This document shows, in pieces, positions 16,712-25,527 of a stretch of 47,640 nt of DNA (position 1 is its first letter; every line of letters begins with the position of its first letter). The position numbers and the translations under genes are program-made. The DNA comes from Elusimicrobia bacterium RIFOXYA12_FULL_57_11 (lineage in GTDB: Bacteria > Elusimicrobiota > Elusimicrobia > Elusimicrobiales > UBA9959): NCBI GenBank assembly GCA_001800275.1, contig MGVB01000055.1, positions 1 to 47,640 on the forward strand, given 5' to 3'. The notes beneath the pieces were generated by a model. It had not been told where the DNA came from. It did not search any database and saw nothing but the letters and a program-made list of their open reading frames with translations.

Positions 16712-18181
16712 TTGAGCTTGATTAAAAAATTTGTTATCTCGGTGCTGCTATGCGCGGCGTGGGCGGGGCCCGGTTTTTGCGCGCCCTCTTTTGAGCTGGA
16801 GGCCGGGGTGCGCCTGGCCTCGGCCACGGTGCATTGCGTAACACCCATTGCCGGCGGCTACCGGCTGTATTATTCCACCCCTTCCGCCTACAGCGTGTTC
16901 AGTGCCAGCTCCACGGACGGCCTGGTCTGGACCGCGGAGCCCGGCGTAAGGCTTTCCACGCGGGCCGCCTTTCTTGACGCTAGTTCCATTACCGCCATGG
17001 GGCTGTATTTCGACGCGGCGCTTACCGGCGGCCCCTACCACGCGTATTATGTGGGCATAAGCACGGCCGGCCACGCGCTACTGAGCGCGAAATCAACCGA
17101 TGGCCTTGCCTGGGTAAAAGACGACGCCTTTTCCATATTGTTCAGCAGCGGGGCAATGCGCCTGCGCTCGCCCAAACCTTATTTTGCGGGTTCCAGCCGG
17201 GTGAACCTGTATTATATCCGCGACTCCGGCGGCGCGCCTTCCCCCGGGGATTATAAAATCTACGGCATGCAAAGCGCGGACGACGGCGTAACCTTTACCG
17301 GGGAAACGCTCCTGGTGAACACCACCGGCGCTTACCAGCTGGACGTTTCAACGCTTACCGACGGGCGGCTGCGGCTGTACATAGCGGCGCCCGAGGTGGG
17401 CGTTTCAACCGTGGCGCGGGTACTGGCTGCCGACAGCGTTAATGGTATAAGTTTCCCTTCCGCCCCCGTGCAGGTGTTCTCCACCGCGGCCGCGACAAAC
17501 GAGCTTTCCGGCATAGCGGTGGCCCGCTCCACGGAAACTTTCCGCTGGCGGCTTTACCTGACTTCCCGCCTTAATTCTTCGGCCACCACCTACATATACA
17601 GCGCCCTTACCCTGGACCCCGTGATAACCGGGTTTTCGCCAGGCCTTGCGTATGTGGACGACCCCGCCACCGATTTTACCGTAACGGGCGAGATCTTTTC
17701 CCCGGCGCTGGCTACCTCGGCCATAAGCCGGGCCAGCGGCCCGCTTGGCATACTGGCGGTAACTCCGGTGGATGATATGAACGTTACGGTGCGGGCGGTG
17801 CCCACCGGCGCGCCGCTGGGCCTTTACAATGTAAGCGTAGCCAACCCTGACGGCGCCGCGGCCGTGCGCCTGAACGTTCTTACCATAGATTACCGGCCAG
17901 GGTTCACGCGCCTGACGGATAACCTTTTTCGGCCGCTCAGGGGCGAACAGGTAAAGGTGGAGACGACCATTTTTTTCCCGGGCAATATAACCGGCCGGAT
18001 CTATACCGTGAACGGCGGGCTGGTTAAAAAACTTTTCGACGAACCCTCGCTTGCCGTCATGAGCACCTTTTTCTGGACTGGAGACACCGACAGCGGGCGC
18101 GTTGCGGCCAGCGGCCTCTACCTGCTGCGCGTTACCGGCCCCAAGCTTAAAAGCACCGAGAAGATAGTGCTTATAAAATGA
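16712..18181 (+). CDS. Exported Asp-box (BNR) beta-propeller / IPT / FlgD-Ig-like C-terminal domain protein
   Basis: TTG start and a signal peptide. Three Asp-boxes: SSTDGLVW, KSTDGLAW and SADDGVTF. IPT-like PVITGFSPG...VTGEIFSP...VSVANPDG. C-terminus IYTVNGGLVKKL...WTGDTDSGRVAASGLYLLRV...KIVLIK. Confidence 0.8.
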   Translation: MSLIKKFVISVLLCAAWAGPGFCAPSFELEAGVRLASATVHCVTPIAGGYRLYYSTPSAYSVFSASSTDGLVWTAEPGVRLSTRAAFLDASSITAMGLYFDAALTGGPYHAYYVGISTAGHALLSAKSTDGLAWVKDDAFSILFSSGAMRLRSPKPYFAGSSRVNLYYIRDSGGAPSPGDYKIYGMQSADDGVTFTGETLLVNTTGAYQLDVSTLTDGRLRLYIAAPEVGVSTVARVLAADSVNGISFPSAPVQVFSTAAATNELSGIAVARSTETFRWRLYLTSRLNSSATTYIYSALTLDPVITGFSPGLAYVDDPATDFTVTGEIFSPALATSAISRASGPLGILAVTPVDDMNVTVRAVPTGAPLGLYNVSVANPDGAAAVRLNVLTIDYRPGFTRLTDNLFRPLRGEQVKVETTIFFPGNITGRIYTVNGGLVKKLFDEPSLAVMSTFFWTGDTDSGRVAASGLYLLRVTGPKLKSTEKIVLIK

Positions 18182-19134
18182 CAAAACCGGCCGCCACTAT
18201 TTTCTGTCTCTCGCTGGCGCTGGGCGCCGCCGGCGCGCCGCGCGCCGCCGCCGAGGCCGGCCTTACGGCCGCCCCGGCGCTGAACGCCCCCATGGGCGCG
18301 CGCTCCGCCGCCATGGGGCAGGCGTCTGCCGCCGTGCCGGGCAGCGCGGAAAGCCTTAATTACAACCCGGGCGCGCTGGCTTTTACACCGGGCTCAAATA
18401 TTTTCGCCAGTTACCTGAGCGGTTTTGACTATACGGGCCATGGTTTTATGGCGGCGCCGCTAAAGTTCGGGGCTTTTGTTTTCACCCCCGGCTACCTGTA
18501 CTTCAACGGCGGCAGTATGAACCTTAACCTGTCCGACGGCACCACCGGCAAGGTTACGGCCGAGGACGACCGCACGGCGTACGCCTCGGGCGCCTGGCGC
18601 CCGGTAAAGCGCCTGGGGCTGGGCGCCACGCTCAAGCATACCCGCATAGTGCTGGCTGAAACGGCCTCGGCGAGCGCCCTTAATTATGATTTTGGCGCGC
18701 TTTACGTTCTGGACGGCGGGCTCAGTCTTGGGGCCTCGTACATGAATTCGGGCGGCGGGTTCAAGTTCGAAGAAAAGGCCGATCCCGCGCCGGCGGTGCG
18801 GCGCCTGGGAGCCGCGTACAGGCTGGAACTTACGCCGCCCAACCTGCTGGATCCCTCCACGGACCTGGTTTTCTGCGAGGTGCTGTTCACGGCCGACTGG
18901 GCAGGCATTTACAGGGAGAGGGGGTACTATCAGGCTGGCGCCGAACTTAAAATGGGTATGCCCATGAACCTTACTCTCGATCTAAGGGCGGGCTATTTGC
19001 TGGGCAGGGCCGCGGAAGGCATGACCTTCGGTTTAGGCCTGGGCCGCGACAAATGGACTTTCGGGTATTCTCTGGGCGCCGCCAAGGAAATAAATACCCG
19101 CCAGCAGGCCAGTCTGGGTTATAAATTCAACTAA
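18178..19134 (+). CDS. Outer-membrane beta-barrel protein, PorV/PorQ/UPF0164-like
   Basis: ATGA overlap with the upstream gene. Signal peptide. GARSAAMGQASAAVPGSAESLNYNPGALAF motif. Alternating beta-strand pattern ending YKFN. Confidence 0.75.
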   Translation: MTKPAATIFCLSLALGAAGAPRAAAEAGLTAAPALNAPMGARSAAMGQASAAVPGSAESLNYNPGALAFTPGSNIFASYLSGFDYTGHGFMAAPLKFGAFVFTPGYLYFNGGSMNLNLSDGTTGKVTAEDDRTAYASGAWRPVKRLGLGATLKHTRIVLAETASASALNYDFGALYVLDGGLSLGASYMNSGGGFKFEEKADPAPAVRRLGAAYRLELTPPNLLDPSTDLVFCEVLFTADWAGIYRERGYYQAGAELKMGMPMNLTLDLRAGYLLGRAAEGMTFGLGLGRDKWTFGYSLGAAKEINTRQQASLGYKFN

Positions 19135-19147
19135 GCGCGGATGCAAT

Positions 19148-19190
19148 AAAAAAAGCGCGTGAGGGGAACCGCGGCTTTCGCGCGCTTTTT
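19148..19190. terminator. Bidirectional rho-independent terminator
   Basis: A-run, GCGCGTGAGGG...CTTTCGCGCGC stem, then T-run, between convergent genes. Confidence 0.6.
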
Positions 19191-19196
19191 CGCTTT

Positions 19197-19529
19197 TTAG
19201 ATCCCTATCCGGGCAAGCATCAGGCAGATGTCGTTTACTGTGTCCACTAATACCGGGTGGGACGCTTCGAAGCTCTTTACCGAGCTGGCCAGGCCTTCTA
19301 TGGACAAAGCTTTGAGCCGGGCATCGGTGGTTTCGCGCGCGGTTTCGTGAGCCGCGGCCTGGGCGAAATTGGCCAGGCTGCTGGCTTTCTCCATGTGGGA
19401 GGCGGGGAGGCTTCCTATTTCAGCTTTTAGCTTAGTGAGCAGGGCTACCAGTTCTTTTTTCTCTTTGGTGTCCAGCGTGCCCACGCGCGCTATGGCGGAT
19501 TCTATCTTCGCGAGGGTATCTTTGATCAT
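19197..19529 (-). CDS. Hypothetical helical protein (possibly DUF4404-like)
   Basis: 110-aa ORF with helical heptad-like sequence (KEKKELVALLTKLKAEI). Family call is from weak memory only. Confidence 0.55.
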   Translation of the reverse strand: MIKDTLAKIESAIARVGTLDTKEKKELVALLTKLKAEIGSLPASHMEKASSLANFAQAAAHETARETTDARLKALSIEGLASSVKSFEASHPVLVDTVNDICLMLARIGI

Positions 19530-19739
19530 AGGGTCTCCCGTAATTGGCTGTGCATCCCAGTATTCTAATATATTCGGGCGGTTCCCGGTGCAGACGTGTC
19601 TGCCAGCGTGTAGAAGATCCCGCCGGATGGTCCCGTCGATTTAAATTATATAATTCCATGACAACCGGATAAAACAGCGGAAATTGCCGCGGGAAAACGG
19701 TTTACACGTGATTCATCCGTAAAAGCCTCCATAACAGCT

Positions 19740-20639
19740 ATGCCCTATTATCTTAAAGATTTTGAATGGTACGCACTGCTGCTTGATCTCAAGCCGGTTC
19801 TCTTTTTGGAATATGGCGCCAGTGATTACGAGATCTTCAGGCGGTTTATCCCTGAAATTGAAAGCAAAGGGCTTAAAGTAAGGTTCCGGGAGCATGGGCG
19901 GGGCCGTAATCTGCATTCCAGGAACCGCAACGCGCTTTGGCACAATAATGTGGGCGGAATTTTTATCAGCAGGCAGGACGCCCTTATAGACAGGATCATC
20001 GAAGCGTACCTGTCCCGGAACATAAAACTGGCGGGAAAGCTTCTGGGGTATCCTGAATGCTGCGTAAGTCATATGCTGGAAAACAAGACCGATAAGGGCG
20101 ATTTCCTGCAGATTTCAAATAATACTATGGTCGCGGGCATGGTTTCCGATAAAAACCTGTTCGTTCCGGAGATGAACTTCCTGTCGCATTATGACGGACG
20201 GGTCCGGAACGTGGAAATCATGAAAAACCCGGATTTCTCTAAAATATTCAACACCCTGTTCCCGTTTACCCTGACAGATCACCTGCCTTGCTCCATGGAA
20301 TGCGAAGCATCCCGAGCGCGGGGGCAGCGGGTTACCGCGGAAATTAAAAAAAACAATAGTTCCTGGTATAAAAAAGCCGTCGAATTGAATGGCAACCCGG
20401 TACTGTTCCTGGATGATTTCCATTTTTTTATTCTTAAAGGCGGCAACTCGAGTTTTGAGGAGATAGTTTTCTCGAAAATAATTTTTGCCAGCGAAACCGG
20501 TTCCGCCCTGTACAAGGCCCTGGCGCAGGGGGATAGGGTCCGGCGCGGGGGAAAAGTTGTCTCGGTGTTCAGCGGTAAAAAATTGATATTTAAGGCCGCG
20601 TTCGCGGTATTGCGGCCTGCGATCCTGCCTTTTCACTGA
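19740..20639 (+). CDS. Hypothetical Cys-motif protein (GYPECC / HLPCSMECEAS; DUF483-like by recollection)
   Basis: 299-aa ORF, visibly AT-richer than its neighbours. Motifs LLGYPECCVSHM and DHLPCSMECEASRARG. Confidence 0.65.
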   Translation: MPYYLKDFEWYALLLDLKPVLFLEYGASDYEIFRRFIPEIESKGLKVRFREHGRGRNLHSRNRNALWHNNVGGIFISRQDALIDRIIEAYLSRNIKLAGKLLGYPECCVSHMLENKTDKGDFLQISNNTMVAGMVSDKNLFVPEMNFLSHYDGRVRNVEIMKNPDFSKIFNTLFPFTLTDHLPCSMECEASRARGQRVTAEIKKNNSSWYKKAVELNGNPVLFLDDFHFFILKGGNSSFEEIVFSKIIFASETGSALYKALAQGDRVRRGGKVVSVFSGKKLIFKAAFAVLRPAILPFH

Positions 20640-20676
20640 ATAGCTATGGCGGCCGCGTGCCGGGCCGCCCGACACC

Positions 20677-20704
20677 TTGACAATCCCGGGGCGGCTGGTA
20701 TACT
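20677..20704 (+). promoter_or_regulatory. Near-consensus sigma70 promoter TTGACA-16-TATACT
   Basis: Hexamers read directly. About 125 nt upstream of the C11 peptidase start. Confidence 0.5.
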
Positions 20705-20754
20705 ATTAGCGCGCCGTCGATCGCAGATTTTGACATATTTAAGTCTGGGCCTTA

Positions 20755-20772
20755 AGGCCCAGAGCGCCGTGG
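20755..20772. promoter_or_regulatory. Perfect 18-bp palindrome CTGGGCCTTAAGGCCCAG in the leader
   Basis: Self-complementary. TTAAGGCC recurs at 20786-20793. Could be an RNA hairpin or a protein-binding site. Confidence 0.4.
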
Positions 20773-20827
20773 GTATTAAGGCCTTTGATAAATATCAATC
20801 AATAGGCGACAATATAGCACAGGTTTC

Positions 20828-22120
20828 TTGTATATGAAAAAAACATTACTGGCGGTTTTTACGGTTCTGGCCGTTATTACAGCGGGCGCTGGCGCTCAGG
20901 ATTTTTCTTTTGACCAGCTTTCCGTGAACCCCCCGCAGCCGGCGGCGGTTTCGGGGCCGGCGGCGGTTGCCCCCGCGCCGGTAAAGGCCGGGGTCCAGCG
21001 CGAATGGCTGGTTATGGTTTTCATAAACGGCGTTAACGACCTGGGAATACTTGGCTTTGCCGACAAGAGCGTAAATGATATGGAGAAGGTCGGCTCCACC
21101 CCCGGCATGGCCGTGGTGGCGGAGTATGGCGTACTGGGGCAAGATGGTTCCGCCGACCGCAATCTGAAGTTTCAGCGCGGATCCAGGACCCTCTATATAA
21201 CGCAGGATGCGGATGCCGCCAATATTACTTCCCCGGTAATTTATTCCTCGAACGACGCCGATATGGGCAGCGCGGCCAATCTGGTGCGGTTCGCCAAACG
21301 TGCCATACGCCGGTATCCGGCCAAAAAAACAGCCGTCATACTTTGGAACCACGGCGATGGGCGCATGGGCATAGCTTACGACGACGTGAGCAGCAACCAT
21401 ATGGAGGTTGATCAGCTTGGCCGGGCGCTGGGCCAGATAAAGCAGGCGCTGGGGCGTAATATAGACGTTTTTGCCACGGACGCCTGCCTTATGCAGACGG
21501 CCGAAGTGGCTTATGAACTTAAAGATTCGGTGGATGTTATTGTGGGTTCCGAAGAGGTTATTCCCGTAGACAGTTTCCCTTATGACGCTTTCCTGGGGCC
21601 GCTGGCGGCCAACCCCGGAGTGGGCGCCGAGGCCGTCGGCCGCAGTATAGTCGATACTTATGGCGCCTATTACACTTCCGGGGGTACGCTTTCGGCGCTG
21701 CGCTCCTCCGCGCTGGGCGGGTTCGTTTCAAACCTCAATACCTGGCTGGGCGCGGTGGCGGGCGACCCGCAGGCTTTCCAGGCCGCGGCTTCACCCGCCG
21801 TAGTGGCCGCAACTTATAAATTCCCGGCCGATTATTACAGGGCGGATTCTCGGGACCTGCACGATTATATTTCCAACGTCAACGGCGCGCTGATAAACAG
21901 CCCCGCCGCCCGTGCCGCGGGCGTAGCCCTGCAGGACTACATGACCAATAATCTCATTATCCGCGCTACCGTGCTGCCCGGCATGCTTAACACGCATGGG
22001 CTGGCGATCTACCTGCCCGATTTACGCTACAATTCCGCCAATTATGAAAAACTTGCTTTCGCGGCCGATTCCGACTGGGATGATTTTCTGCGGCTGGTGA
22101 TGGAGGAGCGGCTTAAATAG
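20828..22120 (+). CDS. Clostripain-related cysteine peptidase (family C11), exported
   Basis: Signal peptide. WLVMVFINGVNDLG, catalytic-His region ILWNHGDG and catalytic-Cys region FATDACLMQTAEVAYEL. An alternative ATG lies at 20834. Confidence 0.85.
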   Translation: MYMKKTLLAVFTVLAVITAGAGAQDFSFDQLSVNPPQPAAVSGPAAVAPAPVKAGVQREWLVMVFINGVNDLGILGFADKSVNDMEKVGSTPGMAVVAEYGVLGQDGSADRNLKFQRGSRTLYITQDADAANITSPVIYSSNDADMGSAANLVRFAKRAIRRYPAKKTAVILWNHGDGRMGIAYDDVSSNHMEVDQLGRALGQIKQALGRNIDVFATDACLMQTAEVAYELKDSVDVIVGSEEVIPVDSFPYDAFLGPLAANPGVGAEAVGRSIVDTYGAYYTSGGTLSALRSSALGGFVSNLNTWLGAVAGDPQAFQAAASPAVVAATYKFPADYYRADSRDLHDYISNVNGALINSPAARAAGVALQDYMTNNLIIRATVLPGMLNTHGLAIYLPDLRYNSANYEKLAFAADSDWDDFLRLVMEERLK

Positions 22121-22131
22121 CCGCGGCGTTT

Positions 22132-23886
22132 ATGTTCAACCTGCAACAGGCCAGAAATGCCGTTTTAACCGCCGCCGCGGCGGGCCTGTTCGTTTGCGTC
22201 CCCGCCCGGGCCCAGACCGCCGCCGACCGGCTGGCGTTTTATGAGACCGCTATTTCCACGGGGGACCCCGCGGCGGCAGCGGCTTTTCTGGCCGATGGCG
22301 AGGCGGTGACGCTGGCCGAGATTAATTTCAACGGAGCCGCCGCCCTTAAGGCCAAAGCCGCCGCGCTTAAAGACCTGAAAGACTTGTTGGCCATGCCCTG
22401 GGATAAAGCTCGCGCCAATAAACTGAGCCTGGCCCTTTCCTTAAGGATAGATGTTTCAAAGCCCCTGGCCGGGCTCGGTATAGGCCCGGAACCCGAAAAG
22501 CTGCTGCCCTGGCTGGCCAGGTACCAGCCCGCTTTTCCCGAGAGCAAGAAGGAAGTGGTGAAAAACGCCATAAGGCAGTGGGAGATGGTCTTCGGCACTA
22601 TTACGGATACCCGGGCCATGAGTTGGGCGCAGGCCGATATGTTCAGTGGCAGTGGCGTTACCGTGGGCAAAGCGCAGTGGGAAGGCTGGACCATCCGCGA
22701 GCGCAACGCAGTTCTTGCCATGCTTATGACCGAGGATCCCGCCTTCACCGTTTACGACGACGACGCGCTGGCTTCGGCCAAAGAGGAGATGAGCCTGCTG
22801 GCGGTGGTGGACAACATCAAGTATTCCGGTTTGCTCAGCGCGCCGCAGCTTAACCAGCTTAGGGGCAAGCCGTTCGCGGACCAGGTTTACCTGCTGGGCA
22901 GTTTCTTCGACGGCGGCAATATTGCGGTGGACGACGTTCTTAAGACCAGGATACACGCCGCCCGCGATTCCCTGCCCAAGGAAGTGCTGCCCGCCCAGCA
23001 GCGCGCCCTGCTGGGCAGTATGCTGGCCACGGCAATGCCCGGCGAACTTGCCGGCACCAAAGCCGGGGACAGGGTGCTGGCTTTTTATTCAAAAAATGGC
23101 CCCTTTAAGATAGAGCTGAAACCCTGCGACGGTAATTATTCGCGCTTTGACGCCGCTACCGGCGCCATAGTGCTGGATTCGGAGACCGTGCAGCAGTATA
23201 TGCGCATGAAAGGCTACAGCGCCGAATCGCTGATGTCCAGCCGGGAGCAGGTGGCCGAGATCGCCAAATATATGTCCCCCATGGTGGTTTACGAGGCGGC
23301 GCATCACATGCAGGCCGTCTGGGCCAAAACCAGCGGCGTCTACAAGCCGCGCGTGCAGGAGGACGAGGTGGAAGCCATGTCGCTGGAGGGACTTTACACC
23401 AGCGAGAAGATAGACAAAGACGCCGCCTTCAGAAAAATAATGTCCGACAGCCGAGACTATGCCTCCTACGCTTCAAAACGTGTGGCTATAGCCACCAATT
23501 TTAAAAAGAGCGGCGCAAAAGGTTTCTCCACCAGCGTGCGCCAGCTGTATTGCTCCGGTCTGCCTTCCCTGGACGCCGCCGCCGCGCAGGTGCTGGGCGC
23601 TGTAACCGGTGAGCTGGGCCGCCGCTCTGGCCTGCCCGCTACCGGGCAGGCCGAACTTGAAGCGGTCGGCCTTACCCTGGCGGAGGCTATGGAAATGGCG
23701 CCGGAAGAGCTGGCCGGCTCGGTGGAAGAAGTGCGCACCGGCGCGCTGGTGAAAATACAGAAAGACCTTTCGGCGCCGGGCATTTACAGGGCCCGTTATG
23801 CCGCCGCCGACAAGGAAACCCGCGCGGCGCTGAAAAACCTGAAAGCCGGCGTCGTGGCAAACACTTCCGGGCCGCCCGCTTTATGA
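22132..23886 (+). CDS. Hypothetical exported protein (584 aa)
   Basis: Signal peptide ...VPARA-QT. 11 nt downstream of the peptidase gene. No family or HExxH motif recognised. Confidence 0.7.
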   Translation: MFNLQQARNAVLTAAAAGLFVCVPARAQTAADRLAFYETAISTGDPAAAAAFLADGEAVTLAEINFNGAAALKAKAAALKDLKDLLAMPWDKARANKLSLALSLRIDVSKPLAGLGIGPEPEKLLPWLARYQPAFPESKKEVVKNAIRQWEMVFGTITDTRAMSWAQADMFSGSGVTVGKAQWEGWTIRERNAVLAMLMTEDPAFTVYDDDALASAKEEMSLLAVVDNIKYSGLLSAPQLNQLRGKPFADQVYLLGSFFDGGNIAVDDVLKTRIHAARDSLPKEVLPAQQRALLGSMLATAMPGELAGTKAGDRVLAFYSKNGPFKIELKPCDGNYSRFDAATGAIVLDSETVQQYMRMKGYSAESLMSSREQVAEIAKYMSPMVVYEAAHHMQAVWAKTSGVYKPRVQEDEVEAMSLEGLYTSEKIDKDAAFRKIMSDSRDYASYASKRVAIATNFKKSGAKGFSTSVRQLYCSGLPSLDAAAAQVLGAVTGELGRRSGLPATGQAELEAVGLTLAEAMEMAPEELAGSVEEVRTGALVKIQKDLSAPGIYRARYAAADKETRAALKNLKAGVVANTSGPPAL

Positions 23887-24482
23887 AAAATCTGGTATTT
23901 ATAATTTCCGTGCTATCTTTGATGGCCGCTTCGGCCTGCGCCGGCGCCGTGAAAGGCGGCCCTGGCAAGCCGCGGGCGCAGTTTAAGGCTTATACCATGG
24001 ATAATGATCATTTTTCCTGCAGCGTGCCCGCGGCCTGGACCCTTGAGCGGGAGAAGGAAAAAGACGACCAGTACAAGATTTACGAAATACAGCTGCTGGC
24101 CCCCGTGTCCGGCAAGGCGCCTACTTCGGTTTTTGTGTCCTATTACGCCAAAGACAACGAGGATTTTAATGGCTACCAGGATTATATAGACCGGCATTCC
24201 AAGAACGCCCTGGGGGAGACAAAGAGCGTCCGTGAAAACTACGAACCGGCTAAAAAAATAACGCTTGGCGGGCGCAAAGGGTTCGAGCTTGGCAGCGAGG
24301 TTCTGGAATACCTGCATCCGGAAAGCAAATCCGATGAGAGCGTTCAGCTGAAGGAAAAGATATACGTGCTGCCGGCCAAAGAGGGTTTTTACGCGCTGCG
24401 TTTCAACGCCCCGAAGGCGGCCTACCTGGAGAACCTGGCGGTGTTCGAGAAAGTAGCCAGAAGTTTCAAGGGCAAACCCTGA
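23883..24482 (+). CDS. Hypothetical lipoprotein/exported protein
   Basis: ATGA overlap with the upstream gene. SLMAASAC lipobox-like signal. Mixed alpha/beta sequence. Confidence 0.7.
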   Translation: MKNLVFIISVLSLMAASACAGAVKGGPGKPRAQFKAYTMDNDHFSCSVPAAWTLEREKEKDDQYKIYEIQLLAPVSGKAPTSVFVSYYAKDNEDFNGYQDYIDRHSKNALGETKSVRENYEPAKKITLGGRKGFELGSEVLEYLHPESKSDESVQLKEKIYVLPAKEGFYALRFNAPKAAYLENLAVFEKVARSFKGKP

Positions 24483-24497
24483 GCCGCCCCTGGCGAT

Positions 24498-24533
24498 AAA
24501 AAAACCGCGCTTCTCCGGCGCGGTTTTTTTTTA
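24498..24533. terminator. Bidirectional rho-independent terminator
   Basis: AAAAAACCGCGC-TTCTCCG-GCGCGGTTTTTTTTT between convergent genes. Confidence 0.75.
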
Positions 24534-24551
24534 TCTGTTTTAAGGGCGCGG

Positions 24552-25427
24552 TCAGCGCAGTTTTTTCGCTTTCAGGAACGCTATCAGGTCGGCTGGGTAG
24601 TCGGTTATTATGCCGTCCACACCGTAGGCAACGGCGGTCTCCCATTCGGCCGGCTCGTTGAGCGTCCAGGGGATAACCTGTATGCCGGCCTTATGGGCCT
24701 GTTCCACCACTTCCTTGTTTATCCACTGGAAGTACGGGCTGAGTATCTCCGCCTTGGCGGAGTTTACCGCGTCCTCCGGGGCCAGCAGGTCATCAGAAGT
24801 AAGCTGGGCTTTAAGGATCCTGGGTGACAGCTTTTTTACTTCGGCCAGGGTGCGGTAGTCGAAAGACTGTATTATTACGCGGTCTTCCAACTGGTGCTGT
24901 TTCACCAGTTCCACCACAAGTTTGGCGAAGGCGGCGGGCGCCGGGGAGTTGCCGGGCTGGCCCGGGTCTATTTTCGTTTCTATGTTGAACCTGACTTTGG
25001 CCGCGCCCGGATGTTTAGAGGCGGCGGCCAGGTTAAAAACCTCGGCCAGGGTGGGGATGCGGGTGCCGGGCACCGGTGTCTGCCGGGGGAACCTGGGGTT
25101 TTTCAGCGTGCCGCAGTCGTATTGTTTAACTTCCGCCAGGGTGAGTGAGTTTATGAGCGGCGCCTTCTCTATGGGTTTGCCCTCCGGCCCCAGGCAGATA
25201 ACCTGGTTTATGTGCTGGTCATGCGAGACCACCACCACATTGTCTTTGGTCACGCCCAGGTCCAGTTCCAGCACGTCCACGCCGGCGCGCAGGGCCTCTT
25301 CGAAGGCGGGCAGGGTGTCTTCCGGGTGGGTGCCGCGGCTGCCGCGGTGCCCCTGCACCTGCATGGCCTGCGCCGCGCTCCCCGCTAAAAATAAAACCGA
25401 GAAAGCCGAAAATATTATCTTTTTCAT
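24552..25427 (-). CDS. glpQ: Glycerophosphodiester phosphodiesterase, exported
   Basis: Signal peptide. GHRGSRGTHPEDTLPAFEEAL...ELDL...VVVSHD GDPD motifs. Confidence 0.85.
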   Translation of the reverse strand: MKKIIFSAFSVLFLAGSAAQAMQVQGHRGSRGTHPEDTLPAFEEALRAGVDVLELDLGVTKDNVVVVSHDQHINQVICLGPEGKPIEKAPLINSLTLAEVKQYDCGTLKNPRFPRQTPVPGTRIPTLAEVFNLAAASKHPGAAKVRFNIETKIDPGQPGNSPAPAAFAKLVVELVKQHQLEDRVIIQSFDYRTLAEVKKLSPRILKAQLTSDDLLAPEDAVNSAKAEILSPYFQWINKEVVEQAHKAGIQVIPWTLNEPAEWETAVAYGVDGIITDYPADLIAFLKAKKLR

Positions 25428-25527
25428 TTTAACTCTCCTCCCGGAACCGCTCCTGAATAATAGGATATTGCGGCACGGTTGGCAATTTGGCCGCCGCTTT
25501 ACGCGCCGCCGCGTTTAGTGTAAACTT

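Noticed and set aside
19701-19713. TTTACACGTGATT, superficially parS-like
   Set aside because: It shares only the CACGTG centre. The arms do not match the TTTCAC/GTGAAA arms of the two sites upstream of parA.
19633-20721. Shared 8-mer CCGTCGAT (19633-19640 and 20714-20721) flanking the AT-rich gene as possible insertion-site duplication
   Set aside because: 8 bp is too short to distinguish from chance in a 47-kb window. No integrase, transposase or inverted repeats accompany it.
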